Below, piece by piece: positions 49,786-64,000 of a DNA stretch of 64,000 nt (the stretch's first letter is position 1; the number at the start of each line of letters is the position of its first letter). Source of the DNA: Callorhinchus milii (taxonomy: Eukaryota); NCBI RefSeq assembly GCF_018977255.1, contig NW_024704743.1, positions 52,640,001 to 52,704,000 of the forward strand, written 5' to 3'. The translations under genes were made by a program, and so were the position numbers. The notes beneath the pieces are model-generated. The model saw only the letters and a list, made by a program, of their open reading frames with translations. It had not been told where the DNA came from and did not search any database.

Positions 49786-51627
49786 CAGTCATTCCCTCCA
49801 CTCGGCAGACACCAGGATGCTTCACATTCCAACTATAATATATTCATTATGATGGAAAGACTGCTCTTACCCACAGCAAAATTCAAGTTTTGTACCTGTT
49901 AGTTGGCATATCTTTTCAAGACGAAAGTGGTATGGTTTTGAATTATATCTGCCAGATGTTTTATAAGGAGTCAGAAGGTTGTGGGTTCAAGCCCCTTTTC
50001 ATATATATTTGAGAATTTGTAAGTATTCCTGGATAAGGGAATTTCTTTAAAAATAAATTTCTATGGAAAACATTTGCAAAGTGCATTGGAAAGAATGAAG
50101 CTGCATAAAAGAAAAAAGGTTCTACATTCCATTTTTGTCTCTTGTTTCAATCTGTGGAAATAATGTTTGATGGAGCAAATACTTTGCAAAATATAGTGGT
50201 TTCTGTGTCATTAGTTGAGAGAGGGGAGAAGAGGAAAAAGGAATGTCTGAAGAGTAATAGGTGAAGGTGGAATTGTGGAGAGAAATTGATATTCTGGAGT
50301 TTTGCCCTATTATATTTTGAGATTATCCATGTAGATTCTCAAATCCCAGAGAGGAAACCGGTGGACTCCAGATTAGTTGTGCAAGGTCATTGGTGGGAGC
50401 ATGCTTGATAACTTAATAATATATTTTCTCATTCTATTTGTTCTAAACATTGCAGAAATGAGAAGTCTTGATGCATGTTTATTAATAAAGCCATAACATT
50501 CCATCTGTGAGTCTTACATAAATTTACACATTCAAAACAAAATAATACAGTATTTAAGCGCTTTGAGCACTCTCCCATTGTGAAAGGCGCTATATTAAAT
50601 ATAAATTTGTATTGTATATTATATTAATAATAATTTGGTATTGGGCCTTTCACTCAAGAAAATATCCCACAGCACTTCATATATTGCAAAGTACAATATC
50701 AGTTTAATGTCTCATCCGAAGGGCGGCACCTCCACACTATAAGCACTGCATTGGAGTGTCAACATGGGGCTTGAACCCACACCTTTGTGACTCAGAGGTG
50801 GAAGTGCTACCAACTGAGCCAGGCTGACACATATTCTTCCTTCAGTAAAAGTATTATAAGAAATAGTCAGCAAAACTCAATAATATGTTTTACAAAGAAA
50901 CTTGTATTCCTTCCTCCAGTCAAGCAAAACTGTTTCAATACCCATCAATCATATCCCTCTACCAATGAATACATTTAATGCATCAAATGAAATGCTAACA
51001 ATGAATTTGGAAGCTCAATAGGAGTAGAAGGTCTAACTCAAATTGGTAAGAATGGTAGTAAGACCCAAAGCTAATCTATGTTAAAGAATAAGCAATCACT
51101 TGGAGAAAACTGTTCCACACATTGCACAAGTTAATCAATAATACTTTTTTGAGGTAATTATTGACACAAACCAAGATGAAAGTCGCACAGAGGAAATAAT
51201 TCATTCAATTATATGGTTATCAGCATTAAAGTACACAACACAAACAAATACTGGTATCTACACATTAGGACATGATTGGAGAACCAAAGTACATGTTGCC
51301 TACTGTATATTTGTACTGGCAGTGTGAATATGAAATGGAAAAATCCAAGGTTGGTGAATCAGCAGTGGAATATAATACATACATTTGGCAAGGATGGTAA
51401 ATAATCTAATAAACATAGGATCATCCCCGGCATAGGGGCATAGTACATTTGGTCCAATCTATTCTATATGCCTGACCTAGCAATGCTTGTTAATACTTAA
51501 TCCCCAAAATGGAATGTATTGTACTTCCCTACTTTTCCATACTGAGATGTCCTATCCTAGCACAGAATGACAACTGATCAGAGATTGCTTATTAGAATAT
51601 ATTATTACTAATATATGATACTACTAA

Positions 51628-51962
51628 GAATTCTTGCATTTGGTATTGCGCCTTTCACGTCAGGAGGACACCTCAAAAGCTTCACAGGTTTCACTGTGAA
51701 GTAAAGTGACTATATTTTTATATAATTGCAGCAGCCCATTTGCACACAGCAATGTCCCACAAAAGAATCATCAATTTTGTTTGGGGCATTGTTGGCCAGG
51801 ACACTGGAAGAAATTCCCATCTGTTTTCACATAGTGCCAATGGATCTTTAATGTCTACCTGAACAGACAGATGGAGCCTCAGTTTAACATCTCATCCAAA
51901 GAATGACATCTTCGATAGTGTAATACATCCCCCATCACTGCATTGGAGTGTCAGCCTAGCCT
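51628..51962 (-). mobile_element. SINE family B
   Basis: Tail, TTGGCCAGGACACTGG and CTCAGTTTAACATCTCATCC core. Further fragments at ~50630-50830(-) and 53940-54212(-). Confidence 0.85.
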
Positions 51963-52371
51963 AGGAGTTTGGGGCAGTGGAACTTTTTCCCCAATTCCTA
52001 GACTGTTCTGATTGACACCTGTCCATTCATCCCAAATTTGCCATGCCTTTCTGCAGTTGAACATCAACAAGACTGAATCCATATTGCATGGCTCTCACCA
52101 GCACCTAACTTTGCTTCCAATTCAATTAGCCTCCTTGTTCAGAATGAATCAGTGGTGTGCAATCTTTACAAAGTTCACGTTAGAGTGATATCTCAAAACG
52201 TTTAACAGGAGAAAGTGCAAAGTGTTGTGACTGCATTTTGTGGGCAGTAAGGTAAGGGTGTAAACATGCAATACTCTGGAACATGACCATCACCGACATT
52301 GTTTTCTACACTCTCTAGAACATTGCCACGTATACCCTTATCTCACCTTTACTGTTGCTGAAACCATTATC

Positions 52372-52903
52372 TAAGAACATAAGAACATAAGAATTAGGAG
52401 CAGGAGTAGGCCATTCGGCCCCTCTAGTCTGCCCCACCATTCAATAAGATCATGGCTGATCTATTCTAACTCCACCTACCCCACTTATCCTCATATCCCT
52501 TATTCCCTTTATTCATAAGAAATCTATCAATCTCAGTCTTGAATATGTTCAAGGACTGAACATCTACAGCCCTTTGGGGTAGAAAATTCCATAAATTTAC
52601 TACCCTCTGAATGAAGAACTTTTTCCTCAGATCAGTGCGAAAGGGCTTACTCCTAATTTTAAGACTGTGACCCCTGGTTATAGTTTCTCCAACCAGGGGA
52701 AAAAGTCTCCCACTATCTATTCTGTCGTGCCTCTTTATAATCTTATAGGTTTCTATAAGATCACCTCTCATTCTTCTATATTCTAGAGAATATAGGCCTA
52801 AATTGCTCAACCTATCCTCATAACTCATCCCCTCATCCCAGGTACCAACTTAGTGAATCTACGTTGTACCCCCTCCAAGGCAAGTACATCCTTTCTTAAA
52901 TAA
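52372..52903 (-). mobile_element. CR1 3' end with (TTCTTATG)n tail
   Basis: ORF 52466-52828 reads 'SYEDRLSNLGLYSLEYRRMRGDLIETYKI...RGHSLKI'. Confidence 0.95.
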
Positions 52904-53427
52904 GAAATTAAATAATCTTCTTTACCTCAAATATAGATAGCTGATTTTCTCTTTCTGAGTACAGAGTATTGACGTCAATAGAAGCACCCCCTACTGGCCT
53001 ATTTAACAAACTAGGGATCAAATCTGGGATATTTTCAGTCTGTCTAACTCAGTTATTCACTAAATAAACTTGCTGAGCCAACCAGGGATTTTGTGAAGGC
53101 TTTATGAGACGATTTGTGGCCTCTCGAAACACACAGCAAAGAGAAGCAAATTATTTAAAACTGTTCTTTTTTCCCCAACGTTCACATAATAGATGTGATA
53201 ATCACAATAATAGAGACATCTAACACGAATGCACATTTATAATAAGGTAAGTGTTCTCAGTACGATAAGCCAAGAGTAAAATCACAAAATGAATGAGTGT
53301 TTTACAGCAGTGCACAATCATCTCTCTTTTTGAATGGAGAAAAGAGCTTGAATGGGAGTGATAACAGCGACATCCAGGTCAACTGCTTATTTCCTAACTT
53401 TAAAAACAGGATTTAAAATTGCCTAAA

Positions 53428-53770
53428 GACCTAGTGGATTAACGCATCACTCAGTGATGGACTAAGTTACTAAACTAGAAGGTCACTGGTCTGTGCTGAG
53501 TTAGCTGATCTAAGATGAAGCAGCAGTTGGGTACTATAATTGGCCCGAGCATTTCTAGGTTAGACATCAGAAAAATCAGCCATGGTTCCTCCTCTTTATT
53601 GCTATCTAGTGGCACATCCATTCTGAAAGTGTGCATGTGGCCATTGGCATTTATAGAACTGAGCTTGTCAATTGATATCTTCCACAGTCACATACTTATT
53701 ATTAAAGTTCCCACATGATGAAAAGTCAATTCAATTAAGGATTTTTGGTGCCAGGAGATAAGGAGGAAGA
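53428..53770 (+). mobile_element. SINE family C
   Basis: CCTAGTGGATTAACGCA...CTGGTCTGTGCTGAGTTAGCTGATCT...AAAATCAGCCATGGTTCCT. Confidence 0.75.
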
Positions 53771-56064
53771 ATAAATAGTATTATTGAAAAGACAGTACCT
53801 GAAAGAATAACTGAAGAAAGCATATCAAATCCAATGATTGATTATTCATTAAATTATTAATTGTGATTATTCCCCCTGAAAACCCTTTCTCCCAGAGCCT
53901 GCTGATATAGGCTTAATGGTTTTTGATCTTTTACACTATGGCTCTTTGTGGGACCTTGCTATGCAAAAATTCATTGCCAATTTTATAAGGGGGATTTTGG
54001 CCAGGGATTTTTGAGATCTTTAATGTCGCCTTGAACAAGCAGACAAGAACCTTGATTTAACATCTCATTTGAGGAAAGGCACCTCCAACAATGCAGCACA
54101 ACCCCAGCACTCTACTAGTGTCAGGCTAGACCATGAATTCAAAGTGCTGACATGGGGCTTGAACACACAGACTTCTGACTCAGAGGCAAGAGTGCAACCA
54201 ACTGAGCCAGGCATTGTTAAATGCATTACAATCAATTATATTGACTGGCAAAGATCACTGATCAATAATAAAACCTTGCATTCTGGGATTCACTTCAGTT
54301 GCCACATCTCAGTTGCCATGTCATCAAAATGAATATTCCAACTTGTTCTGTTACAGGTATTGTGTTGATGAACACCTCTGTCTAAGCCTTAGGCATTGAT
54401 AGCTTTCTACTCCCCATTTTAGAAAACAAAAGCCATTCATTACAACCATGCGGATACTCAAGAACAAGCTTTTAAAAGGTTGGCTTTTGAGCCCAGCAGC
54501 ATCTGTTCAAATTATCAAATACTGTACTTATATTTATACAACATTTCCTCAGGCAATTGAAGAGATTACTTTACCAGTAAGAAAAGCAGGAAAGAAAGAA
54601 AATAACAGTTTGTTTGTTTAACTTTTAAGCAGTGTTAAACACTTTGAGATGTGCTTCTTACGTGAAACCCGCTATATCAATGTAGATTGTATTGTACGTC
54701 TGTACCAAACCTGTTTGCTATTTCAACATACAGTAGTGATACTCTCTGCCTTTGAATAAAACTAATATCCTTTAATCCATAGAGATACTACACAGCCACG
54801 TTTACAACTGTCTCTTCAAATTTCTAGTCATCATCTCTCAACACAACTGTTCATTGATCATATGGTGACCAACATATTTATTTAGTCCTTTGCAATCCAT
54901 AATTTGGTTCTCTGCAACAATTTCAAACTTCGGGGAAATATAACCTTAGTTATAGACTTGCTGGGCGAATGCTTTATCAAAACATTCAAGTTGTTTATTG
55001 CAAGGTTCCAAATGCCGGCTAAAATACAATTGTGTATAAATTCCAAGGACAATAAAAATTGAAAGCAAGGAAAAAATAGATATTATTAAACCATGAAGAA
55101 AATTACAAAATTAGATTACAAATTGCAGACTATGATCAAAATGCAAGGAATATTATACTTTCACAAAACAAAATAACAAAAACGTGATTTTCTCTTTAAG
55201 TGCGATTTACATTTTTTAGTTGCAGTAATGATTATATTTTCTATTTACAAACTTATAGTGTAACAAAACAGCAATTAGCTATCATAGTGAAGAGAAAAAG
55301 ACCAGAGGACAAAATAGTACAAAGAGTTTCAATGAATCAGTAGAAAGTTAATGATTTTCATAAGCAGTCAATGATGTTGATAGATAGAAGCTTAGTTTGT
55401 TAGAGCATATACTTTTTTGTTGGTGTTAGGTAATGGATTGTTATATCCTTCAGACTTCATTGTACATTGACACAGCTCAGTCACCTGTCTGTGAGGGTCA
55501 TTTGGTGCAGCTCAGCAAATGCATTGCGATAAGACATTTATGGACATATGAACTGAAGGACATCTCCCTTGACATGCTTAATGCTATCCATGAGATACTA
55601 GGGAACTCTTAGCAACAGTATAAATAAGCTTTGTTGTACTGCATAAAAGTCTATGATCAATATGTGTGTTCCTAAAAAGGTTGTCCAAAACCATAGGCAA
55701 CTTAATAAAAAAGATATAAGACCATACAGTTTTATGAAACATTTGAAACAGTTTCTAGAATTTCAAAATTTAAAAATATTTTTATTCAAACTAAATTCAC
55801 TTGCAAATGTCACCATAAGTCTATTATTTAATCATAATTTAGTTCTGAAAAAAAATAAGAAATGGTAGCGAACATTGTGTCTATCTCAATCCCTACACTC
55901 CAACAATGAATATAACCTTGTCTTTTGGGCAATTTTAATAATCTTTATCTAAATGCTTTATCATTACGTTGACATTTTCACCACCCATACCACCTCTGCT
56001 TTCCACAAATTGTGTAGGTATGCAGACAAAAGGACACAGTTGGTGGCAAGCCAGGTGTGAACAT

Positions 56065-56358
56065 TTAATATAGGCTTATCATGTCATTAAAATGCCTCAA
56101 AGCACTTCACAGAATATACTGTAAAGTGAATTAACTGTATATTTTGTGGGCGAAACAGGGCAGCCAATTGCGCACAGCAGTGTCCCACAAACAGTCGTGG
56201 ACTGAGTGACCAAATTATTATGACTTTTTTTTTAAAAAAGGATTATTACCTCTGAAAAGTGATCTGCCAATCGACTAATAACCGGATTCCCACTTACTGC
56301 TAGATAAACAAAGGCGTGTGGAGTAAGGAAACTTTCTCAAGGTTTCGCCCCACCCAGG
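56065..56358 (-). mobile_element. SINE family A, long form, head truncated
   Basis: Matches 48190-48480. Confidence 0.9.
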
Positions 56359-57119
56359 AAAAAGAAATGTATTAGGATAATCCCATGCAGCCCTTCAAAC
56401 CTAACACCAGAAGTAACCTCATCATAGGCTATTATTCTGTTCAATCTCCTGAGAATGCAAACAACCAAAGCAAAGCTTTCAGATATTCAAGAAAATTTGC
56501 AGTATATTAATTCAACATATTCCACAATAGTTCCAGCACTGGAACTATTATATTGCATTCAGGATTTAATTATCGCTGTCTTGTTAAAAGCATTAATAAT
56601 TAACATTAACCACTTGATAGCGGTAAAAAAATAATAATTGTATTTGATATAGTGGCTGATCAAAGTGTAAAATGAACAATATCCATGCCAAATTTGAAAG
56701 AGCTACGTCAAACCTCTGCTTAGACTGTTCAGTCCAAGTTTCGCCAAAGAAAAAAGGTTAATTTGCCACGAGCCATTCAGATGCAAACAATAACAACTTG
56801 CATCTATATAGCACCCTACACACAGGATAGCGTGTTTGAACATATTATTCCGGGTCTCATGTATGCTGCTTCTCTCTGTAAACTCCCCAAGTTCTTCTTG
56901 AAGATCAAGGGCATGATTTTACTGTGCTCATTCACCAACCAGTGGAGAATAAGGCATGCATCTATAAAAGGAGAGTCACCCCACCTGTGCTCAGTACACA
57001 AAGCTCCACACGATGTCCTTCATAATGTCTAGACTCCAACCAAAATTGAGTCTTCTCCTTGGGGCTGCTTGTTTTCTCACAAAATGATTTCTATTTGTGT
57101 TGTGGTGAACTAATAGATC

Positions 57120-57672
57120 AGTGTGGACACCACACCTCAGGAAAGATATATTGGCCCTGGAGGGGTTGCAGCGCAGGTTCGCCAGAATGTTACCAAGCCT
57201 AAAAGGGTTAAGTTAAGAGGAAAGGCTGCGTAAACTTACATTGTATTCCCTTGAGTTTAGAAGGTTGAGGGGTGATTTGATTGAGGTATTTAAGATGATA
57301 AAGGGATTTGATAGGGTAGAGTCAGAGAAGCTATTCCCTCGGGTGGGCGAATCCAAAACAAGGGGCATCGTCTTAAAATTGTAAACAGGCCATTTAAGAG
57401 TGAAATCAGGAAGCATTTTTTCACTCAAAAGGTGGTAAAAATCTGGAACTCTCTCCCCCAAAAGACCGTGGATGTTGGATCCATCCACACCTTCAAGAGT
57501 GAGGTTGATAGATTTTTGATAGGTCAGGGATTAAGGTTTATGCGGAGAAAGTGGAAAATTGGAATTGAAAGGATTAGTTGAGGTACAAATCAGCCATGAT
57601 CTAATTAAATAGTGGAACAGGCGAGAAGGGCTGAATGGCCTACTCCTGTTCCTATGTTCCCATGTTCCTATC
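57120..57672 (+). mobile_element. CR1 3' end with (CCTATGTT)n tail
   Basis: LEGLQRRFARMLP..., SLEFRRLRGDLIEVFK and GGGCTGAATGGCCTACTCCTG. Confidence 0.95.
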
Positions 57673-58889
57673 CTTTACATTTTGAAAACTATTTATAAAT
57701 TCCCATCACTCCAATGAACTGCTTTAGAACCTATTCTTTTAATTGAAAAATGTCCATGTAAGAATTTTTTTTCCATAGAATTGGGATTGTCTGCAGATTT
57801 TCAGATTAACAGGGTGGTAGCCATGCCTTTCCAATACCACTCCATTTGATACTGCCATTTGATAATGCACCCAGAATTCAGAGGAACCCAGTAATCAGAT
57901 GCACAAGAATGATTCTCAACACTATATACCAAAGGAAAAAACTTATTTTAAAAAAGGAGCTTGAGGCAGTAATGGGAAGATAGGTGGGTGGATATTCTGG
58001 AAAGACAAAATCAAATGATCCAAAAGGACTCCTTCATTCAAACCTGTCTTGTGATTTGGGGATCACAAAAAAAAATTACTTCCAAATTCTCAGCAACAAT
58101 ACGGCATAAATATCCATAATCCCTCAGAATCGAGTATGTGAATATCAAATGTATTCCTGTGCATTCGAACTTAACAGGCAATGAAGACATTCCTTCAAAT
58201 GATCACAAAGCTGAAGTATCTTAATGAGACTATTCACAAGTAACAAGCTCAATTGAACTTACATCTTGGTTTGTGATACAATCGGTGTAAATCATAGTGT
58301 TCCTGAAAACATCTCCTCTAGGCAGTCAGTAATAGCAACAACAATAAGAATCTCAGTGGATAGCTTTTGCTCAGCATTTTTTGTTTACTAAAATTTGACT
58401 ATCAATAGAAATGTCCTTGCTGGCTGCACAGCAAGGAAGTTCAGTGACATTGGACAATGTTGAGAACATTTCAGCTGGTTGGTTCTTATTTACCCCCTAG
58501 GTTGTTCAGCTTGTAAATCAACAGTGTATCCAATTGAGTAATTTAGTCTAAATTTACTAATTCAGACAGCTCAGCTATTTGGCTGTTTAGATTTATTTTC
58601 TAAGTATAACAATAATCCTTACATTTGATGTTAGCATCTTATCATGCTGTTAAAAACATCTGAAAGTACTTAATTTATAAAGTGCAGTGACTGTATTTGA
58701 AGGCAAACACAGAAGCCAATTTGCACACTATTTTCCACAGACAGCCATAGATGAGCGATCAGTTTTTATTTGGGGGATTGTTAGTCATGTTGGGAGATTG
58801 TTATTTGAGGTAAAAACTAACCTTTTCCCACTGTTTCACCCATCAATTTGTGATTGGCAAGTTTATTTTAAAAGAATAACCCACACTAA

Positions 58890-59165
58890 CCTGGCTGTTC
58901 CCTTCGATCAGCAGGCACCAGGCTGCTTCATATCCCCTGCCCTACCCACCCCATTGATGGTTTGTCGTTTAGCCTATTTGCCTCCATTCCAGAGTCCTCC
59001 CGACTCACCTCTTTCAAAGTCTGTTACCAGACCTTCGCTTTGACTGCGACTTCGATCATATTTCCTTTTCCAAACCCCTTTGGGTCCCACTCCCAGGGCT
59101 ATTGAGCACATTGGGACATCTTCCTGACATGAAAGGCACTATATAAATGTATAAATTTGTATTGT
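58890..59165 (+). mobile_element. Decayed L2 3' end
   Basis: Ends TTGGGACATCTTCCTGACATGAAAGGCACTATATAAATG. Confidence 0.75.
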
Positions 59166-59624
59166 TTTGTACTCGTGGTTCACACTGAACCAGTAGACAG
59201 CTATTCTCCACCTTTTATCCATGGCAATATATCACCAATGGAGAGTTAATCCATCCAATGCAAAGCAATGTGCAAAATTAAATGACTTACCAAATCGAAA
59301 TGTTCCACGTAATCTCTGCTGGTAAAACTGACTTAACTTCTGTATGTAAATGATATGCAAACCTACATAAAAACTATCAATTGTTCATTTGCCTCATGGC
59401 TGCTCGTGAGACTGCGTTTGCATACAAAACTATTCAGTAGATGTCACGATAGTTACTGTGCAAGCCTGAGAGATTTAGATGTGAAAGTATGCTATATATA
59501 AATGCAAGTTATTTTCTTTTCTTTCATATTTACTGGACTTTTATATTGTGGCAAGGTATTTTTGAACATTAATTATTATATCACTTTGGTCATTGTATGG
59601 GAATATCAACCACATGGAATGCCA

Positions 59625-59950
59625 GGCCTATGAAATTCATAGTCTAGACTGGCACTTCAATGCAGTGCTGAGCATATGCAGCATTGCTGGGGGTCCTGTC
59701 TATCTATTCAGGTGGACGTTAAAGATACTTCGGCAATATTCGAAAAGAGAATAAGTTTCTCCTAAATCCATGGCCAACAATTCTGCAAATAAAATTGGTC
59801 ATTCACTTCATGGCTATTTGTGGGGCAAATTGGCTACTGTGTTCATGTACAAAATAAACCATCACTGCACTTTACAGCATTTCCCGTGAAGCGCTTTGAA
59901 ACATTCTCCCAATGTTAAAGGCATTATATCAAATGCAAAGATTATAATAA
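59625..59950 (+). mobile_element. SINE family B, head truncated
   Basis: TTCAGGTGGACGTTAAAGAT core and GTGAAGCGCTTTG tail. Confidence 0.8.
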
Positions 59951-62900
59951 AACATATTTAATAGCTATTATTGACCTTTATCTGCATTCCATGATATTTT
60001 GAAGGAATAATTTCATCAATTCCTAACTTTAGCTGTAGCTTTTTATCCAAATGCCAACTTTGTGAGAAGGAGAAATATATTAAACATGATTTCGAGTTTG
60101 ACCAAGAAAACAAAGGTCTGAGCTCTACCTGCATCTATTAGCCAACATTAGAGGAACATCCGCAAAAAAGAAACCCTGAAGGCAGTCAAACCAGATTCTC
60201 CATTAAAACAACTCACAGAAGGGTTGTTTTGTCATATCTACAGTACCTACAGTGCCATATGTACAGCAATCAAGAGTTACCTCCTCAAACCCTACTACCA
60301 AACAATGAAATAGACGTTTTCAATGCTTAAGTCAGTAAAAAAAACAAATTGACATAATGGCTTGTAATAATTGCAAAATAAGATTACTGTACATCCTTGT
60401 ATTACATTGTTCAGGTTGGTCTGATAAGGGATGTCGATATAGGTTGGCTCCACTATCCTCAACCAGCCATCTTCCAATGCAGAGTTGGCATGTGGTCAAC
60501 TTTTCCCGTTTGCTAACTGGCAGCTTGATTGAATGTCATTGTGGGTGATATCACTCCATTCAGCAGAGAACCGCATAGAGATTCCACCCGTGGATTCTTC
60601 TTTCTAAACTTGTGCATCAAACACTAAAGCATTAAAACCTGAAGAAGGAGCGATTAAGGTGTGACTACTCATTTTGTTACTATCATTGGAAGTTGTTTTG
60701 TTCAGACATTAAGGCAGAAATGTACTCTAATTTTTACAGGGCACAAATTGACGCATTCACCTAAAAAAATACCCAGTCACAACACTTTAGGATAAATCCT
60801 GTGAAACACTTTAAGATGCCCTCCTAACATTAAAGGTACTTTAAATTAAAAAGTAATTAAGATTACTGGCAAACTTTCTATAAATCACCTAGATTACTGA
60901 AACACAACACACTGTTCCAACTTCCAATAATTTATGATATTATAACAGTAACTATTGTTGCCTGGAAGCAATAAATGCACCATTAATAAATGTAAGTTGC
61001 GTCCAGCCGTGATTGATCTGAGACCTTTCTTGTCGTCTTTCTACATCACTCTTGATACATTGGGCATATCAAGTTTAATATATATTAGGCACAGACATTT
61101 CTAGTATTTATCAGTAAATGATTCCTGAAGCACCTATGATTATCATTGTGTGTGAAAGTCATCAAATAGCAGCAATATAGAAAATCTTGTATCCATTTTA
61201 ACAACCACCATCAGCAAAAACAATTACCCAGGACATTTTAAACTAATCCCCAAACAGTTCAGTGTAGAGTCTGAAAATAAGATACCCTGGCTGCGTGTGC
61301 CCGGAGGTGGACCACCAACACTGTTCTCAATGCCAACATTCTGGCACACAGATAGTGGCTTTTGGCTGCCAGTTAGTGGGATAGCTGGTTTACTCTGAAT
61401 ATTTTCTTTTGTAAAAGTCTATGATCCTGTTAACTGGCTGTCAAAAGCCAAGATCCACGAGGTGAAAATTGAATGCGTGACCTGGCTACATCATTCCATC
61501 TAGAAAGCATCTCAGCCAAAATGTAAATTGCACCAATTCAGTAAAACACATGTAAACGAATGCAAAAGAAAATTGATACCCTAATACATTTTCACTGGTC
61601 TATCCACTTACAATAAAAATGATGGAATTGTGTTATTTGAAGACCTATAGTTCAATGTCTAATTAATATTCAGTTTTATTCTGCTTCCAAAGATGTCTTA
61701 AGTTACTTCAGTTAAATCTTTACTGAACTGACAGTAAAACTGGAAACCACTGCTCAGTGATTAAATGTAGGTGATGTGTCCTGTACACTCCTATCATTCC
61801 TAGGAATCTAACCTAATTCAAAATGGGAGATATTTGATTCAACCTATGTGAAATAGTACTACTTCATCTGTTTCCTTCTGCCACTTTCCTGAGCTCTATC
61901 ATTGATTTAAGGAAAAACACTAAAATGTACCATTATTGTATTTATGTATTCTTTTTGTTTTAAAGACTGTAGTAGGCATCTAACTTCCAGTGCTGCGTGC
62001 ATGGCAGAATGTCAATGCATACATTCGGTGCATGTACACAATTATTTTCATGTTTGCAGTATTAGAGAACCTAGATTTTAAGTACCATAAACATGTTTCT
62101 GAATTGGAGGTGCATATTATGCAGGCAATTCAAGACACTATAGTTTCAATGTGGGATTGAAACCTTTAAAAAATATCAGAAACATTATTTTAAAATAGAA
62201 AATAAATTAAAATTACTGGCAAACTTTCTATAAGTAACCCAGATTATTGTTCCAACTTCTATCTGAACATATTACAATTGATGACCACAAAAGTTTCAAA
62301 GGCTCTTTTATACCATATCGATATATTATTTTATATACTTATATATTTTGTATAACTTGCTTGAATGAACAACACTTTGCATGCAGTACTTCCTAGTGTT
62401 TTATCAAACTATTATTTTCCTGATGCTTTTGATTACAGTTGTTTTAATAATAAATAATAACAATCCTTGTATTTGTATTTAGCGGCTTATCACTTCATCG
62501 AGACATCTCAAAGTCCTTCATGGACTATACTGTAAAGAGTGCTACTGTGTTCTTTTTATATGAACAGCAGAACATAATAATATTTCAGAAGAGTTATTAT
62601 GATATTCATTATATTGACTGTATTTTATAAAGATATTTGCAAGATATCAAAACTCTATTTGCATTCATCTTTGATGCGTAAGCAAGCTACATGGTTTTAC
62701 ATTCAGAATTTCATTTTGATGTTAACATCAAAAATGTAACTGTGTTTCCTGTGAACTCTAACTCCAAAATGAACTTTGGGGTCAAATAGGAACAATGACA
62801 GGTTCACCTGCATTGCCCTAATACTGTATGAGTCTAAGAACATTCTTCACTGTACTGAAATCCTCTCAATTCTTCCTCCTTTGAAGCTAGACAAAGACTA

Positions 62901-64000
62901 TTTAGACAAAAAGTTTCTATTTTGCAAACTTCAAGCAACTGATCCAAAAACAAAAGCAAATATATTCTGGTGAAATGTTACATTTTTAAACTTTCAATAG
63001 AATGCAAATAGGGTACAGAGTTTATTTTTGTTTGCAGTGAAAGGTACATTTTAACTAAAGAACAAATCAATACATTGGTTGCAACTGCGGTTTGTATTTG
63101 CCTGTTTTAATGTAATAAGAAACAATACAGATTGCTGTGATTTACCAATCCTTAAACTTTACAGACCAGCAGACTTGCTACTAGATATTATTTTCAAACG
63201 ATTAACTCCAAAACAGTTTATGAAATGCTTGTGTTTAAAATAATCTGGTAGAATTTTGAATTTAACATGAAATGTATGAACTAGCTTTGACAATAAAGCA
63301 ATGGTTGCAGAATGAAAACAAATGTTTAATGGAACTTAATGGAATAGTTGTCAATACATATATATTTCTAGTCATCAATCAATAATCAAAAATATTTGAT
63401 AGAGTTTGATAAAATCCATGAAATTCCCTGTTTTGGCCCCAAATGTTACCCTCAGTTTTATAGTGCTCTTTTAAAGTTATATAGGTATTGAGGAACATAC
63501 GTACAACTAAAAATATCAACTTTTCAAAAATTCCTTTTATGAAAACATGTCTTCCATATTTCATAAACAAACTGATAAAATATTTGTATGTAAACTGTGC
63601 ATTCCAATATCAAACAAACATTTGTTGCAAAGTTAAGATTACCGAATTGTAGGTTATTTAGAAATCTGTGCAGATGACAAATAGTGAAGCATCACTTTGC
63701 AAAGGACAAATATTGAATTGAATTAATTAATTCTTAAGCTTTTAAACGTAAACACACACATACATATTGTGAATGTCTGTTAAAGGGAAAGTAAAAGAGA
63801 AAGTAAATTAGAAATCAATAACATTTTAGAGAATAATAAAAAAGTTTTTTTTAAAAATGTAAGAATGGATTATTTTGAAGCAAATATGAAAAAAGACTTC
63901 TGGTCTGTAGAATGTCAGGTTCTTTTAACATAATATTTTAAATGATCTGTTACCATCACATATGGAGGGATAGAAAGGCTTGGAGAATGTGCCTCTTACA

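Noticed and set aside
56526..56549. Perfect 11-bp-arm palindrome AATAGTTCCAG-CA-CTGGAACTATT
   Set aside because: Short, isolated and plausible by chance in 64 kb of AT-rich DNA.

Overview
This is non-coding, repeat-rich vertebrate DNA. The mix of CR1 and L2 LINEs, tRNA-headed SINEs with L2-type tails, SacSINE1/Deu-like SINEs and Penelope-type termini points to a cartilaginous fish, possibly a chimaera (inference, not searched). No intact protein-coding gene, RNA gene or CRISPR array is supported. The ORF-track hits I could assign are decayed LINE fragments, SINE or antisense frames, or microsatellite translations; the rest are short and unrecognisable. The window reads as a large intron or gene desert with nested retroelements and several repeat-free blocks that resemble conserved enhancers. 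I did not find a complete novel system. The best leads are (i) several unrelated fold-back or MITE-like elements, one with two copies, (ii) two Penelope-type termini that together reconstruct a minimal hammerhead ribozyme, (iii) covarying 3' stem-loops shared by L2s and SINEs, (iv) fossil Harbinger Myb/SANT, Tx1/L1 and CR1-ORF1 esterase fragments, and (v) a strong CTCF motif and a few orphan exon candidates. Repeat boundaries were read by eye and are approximate.
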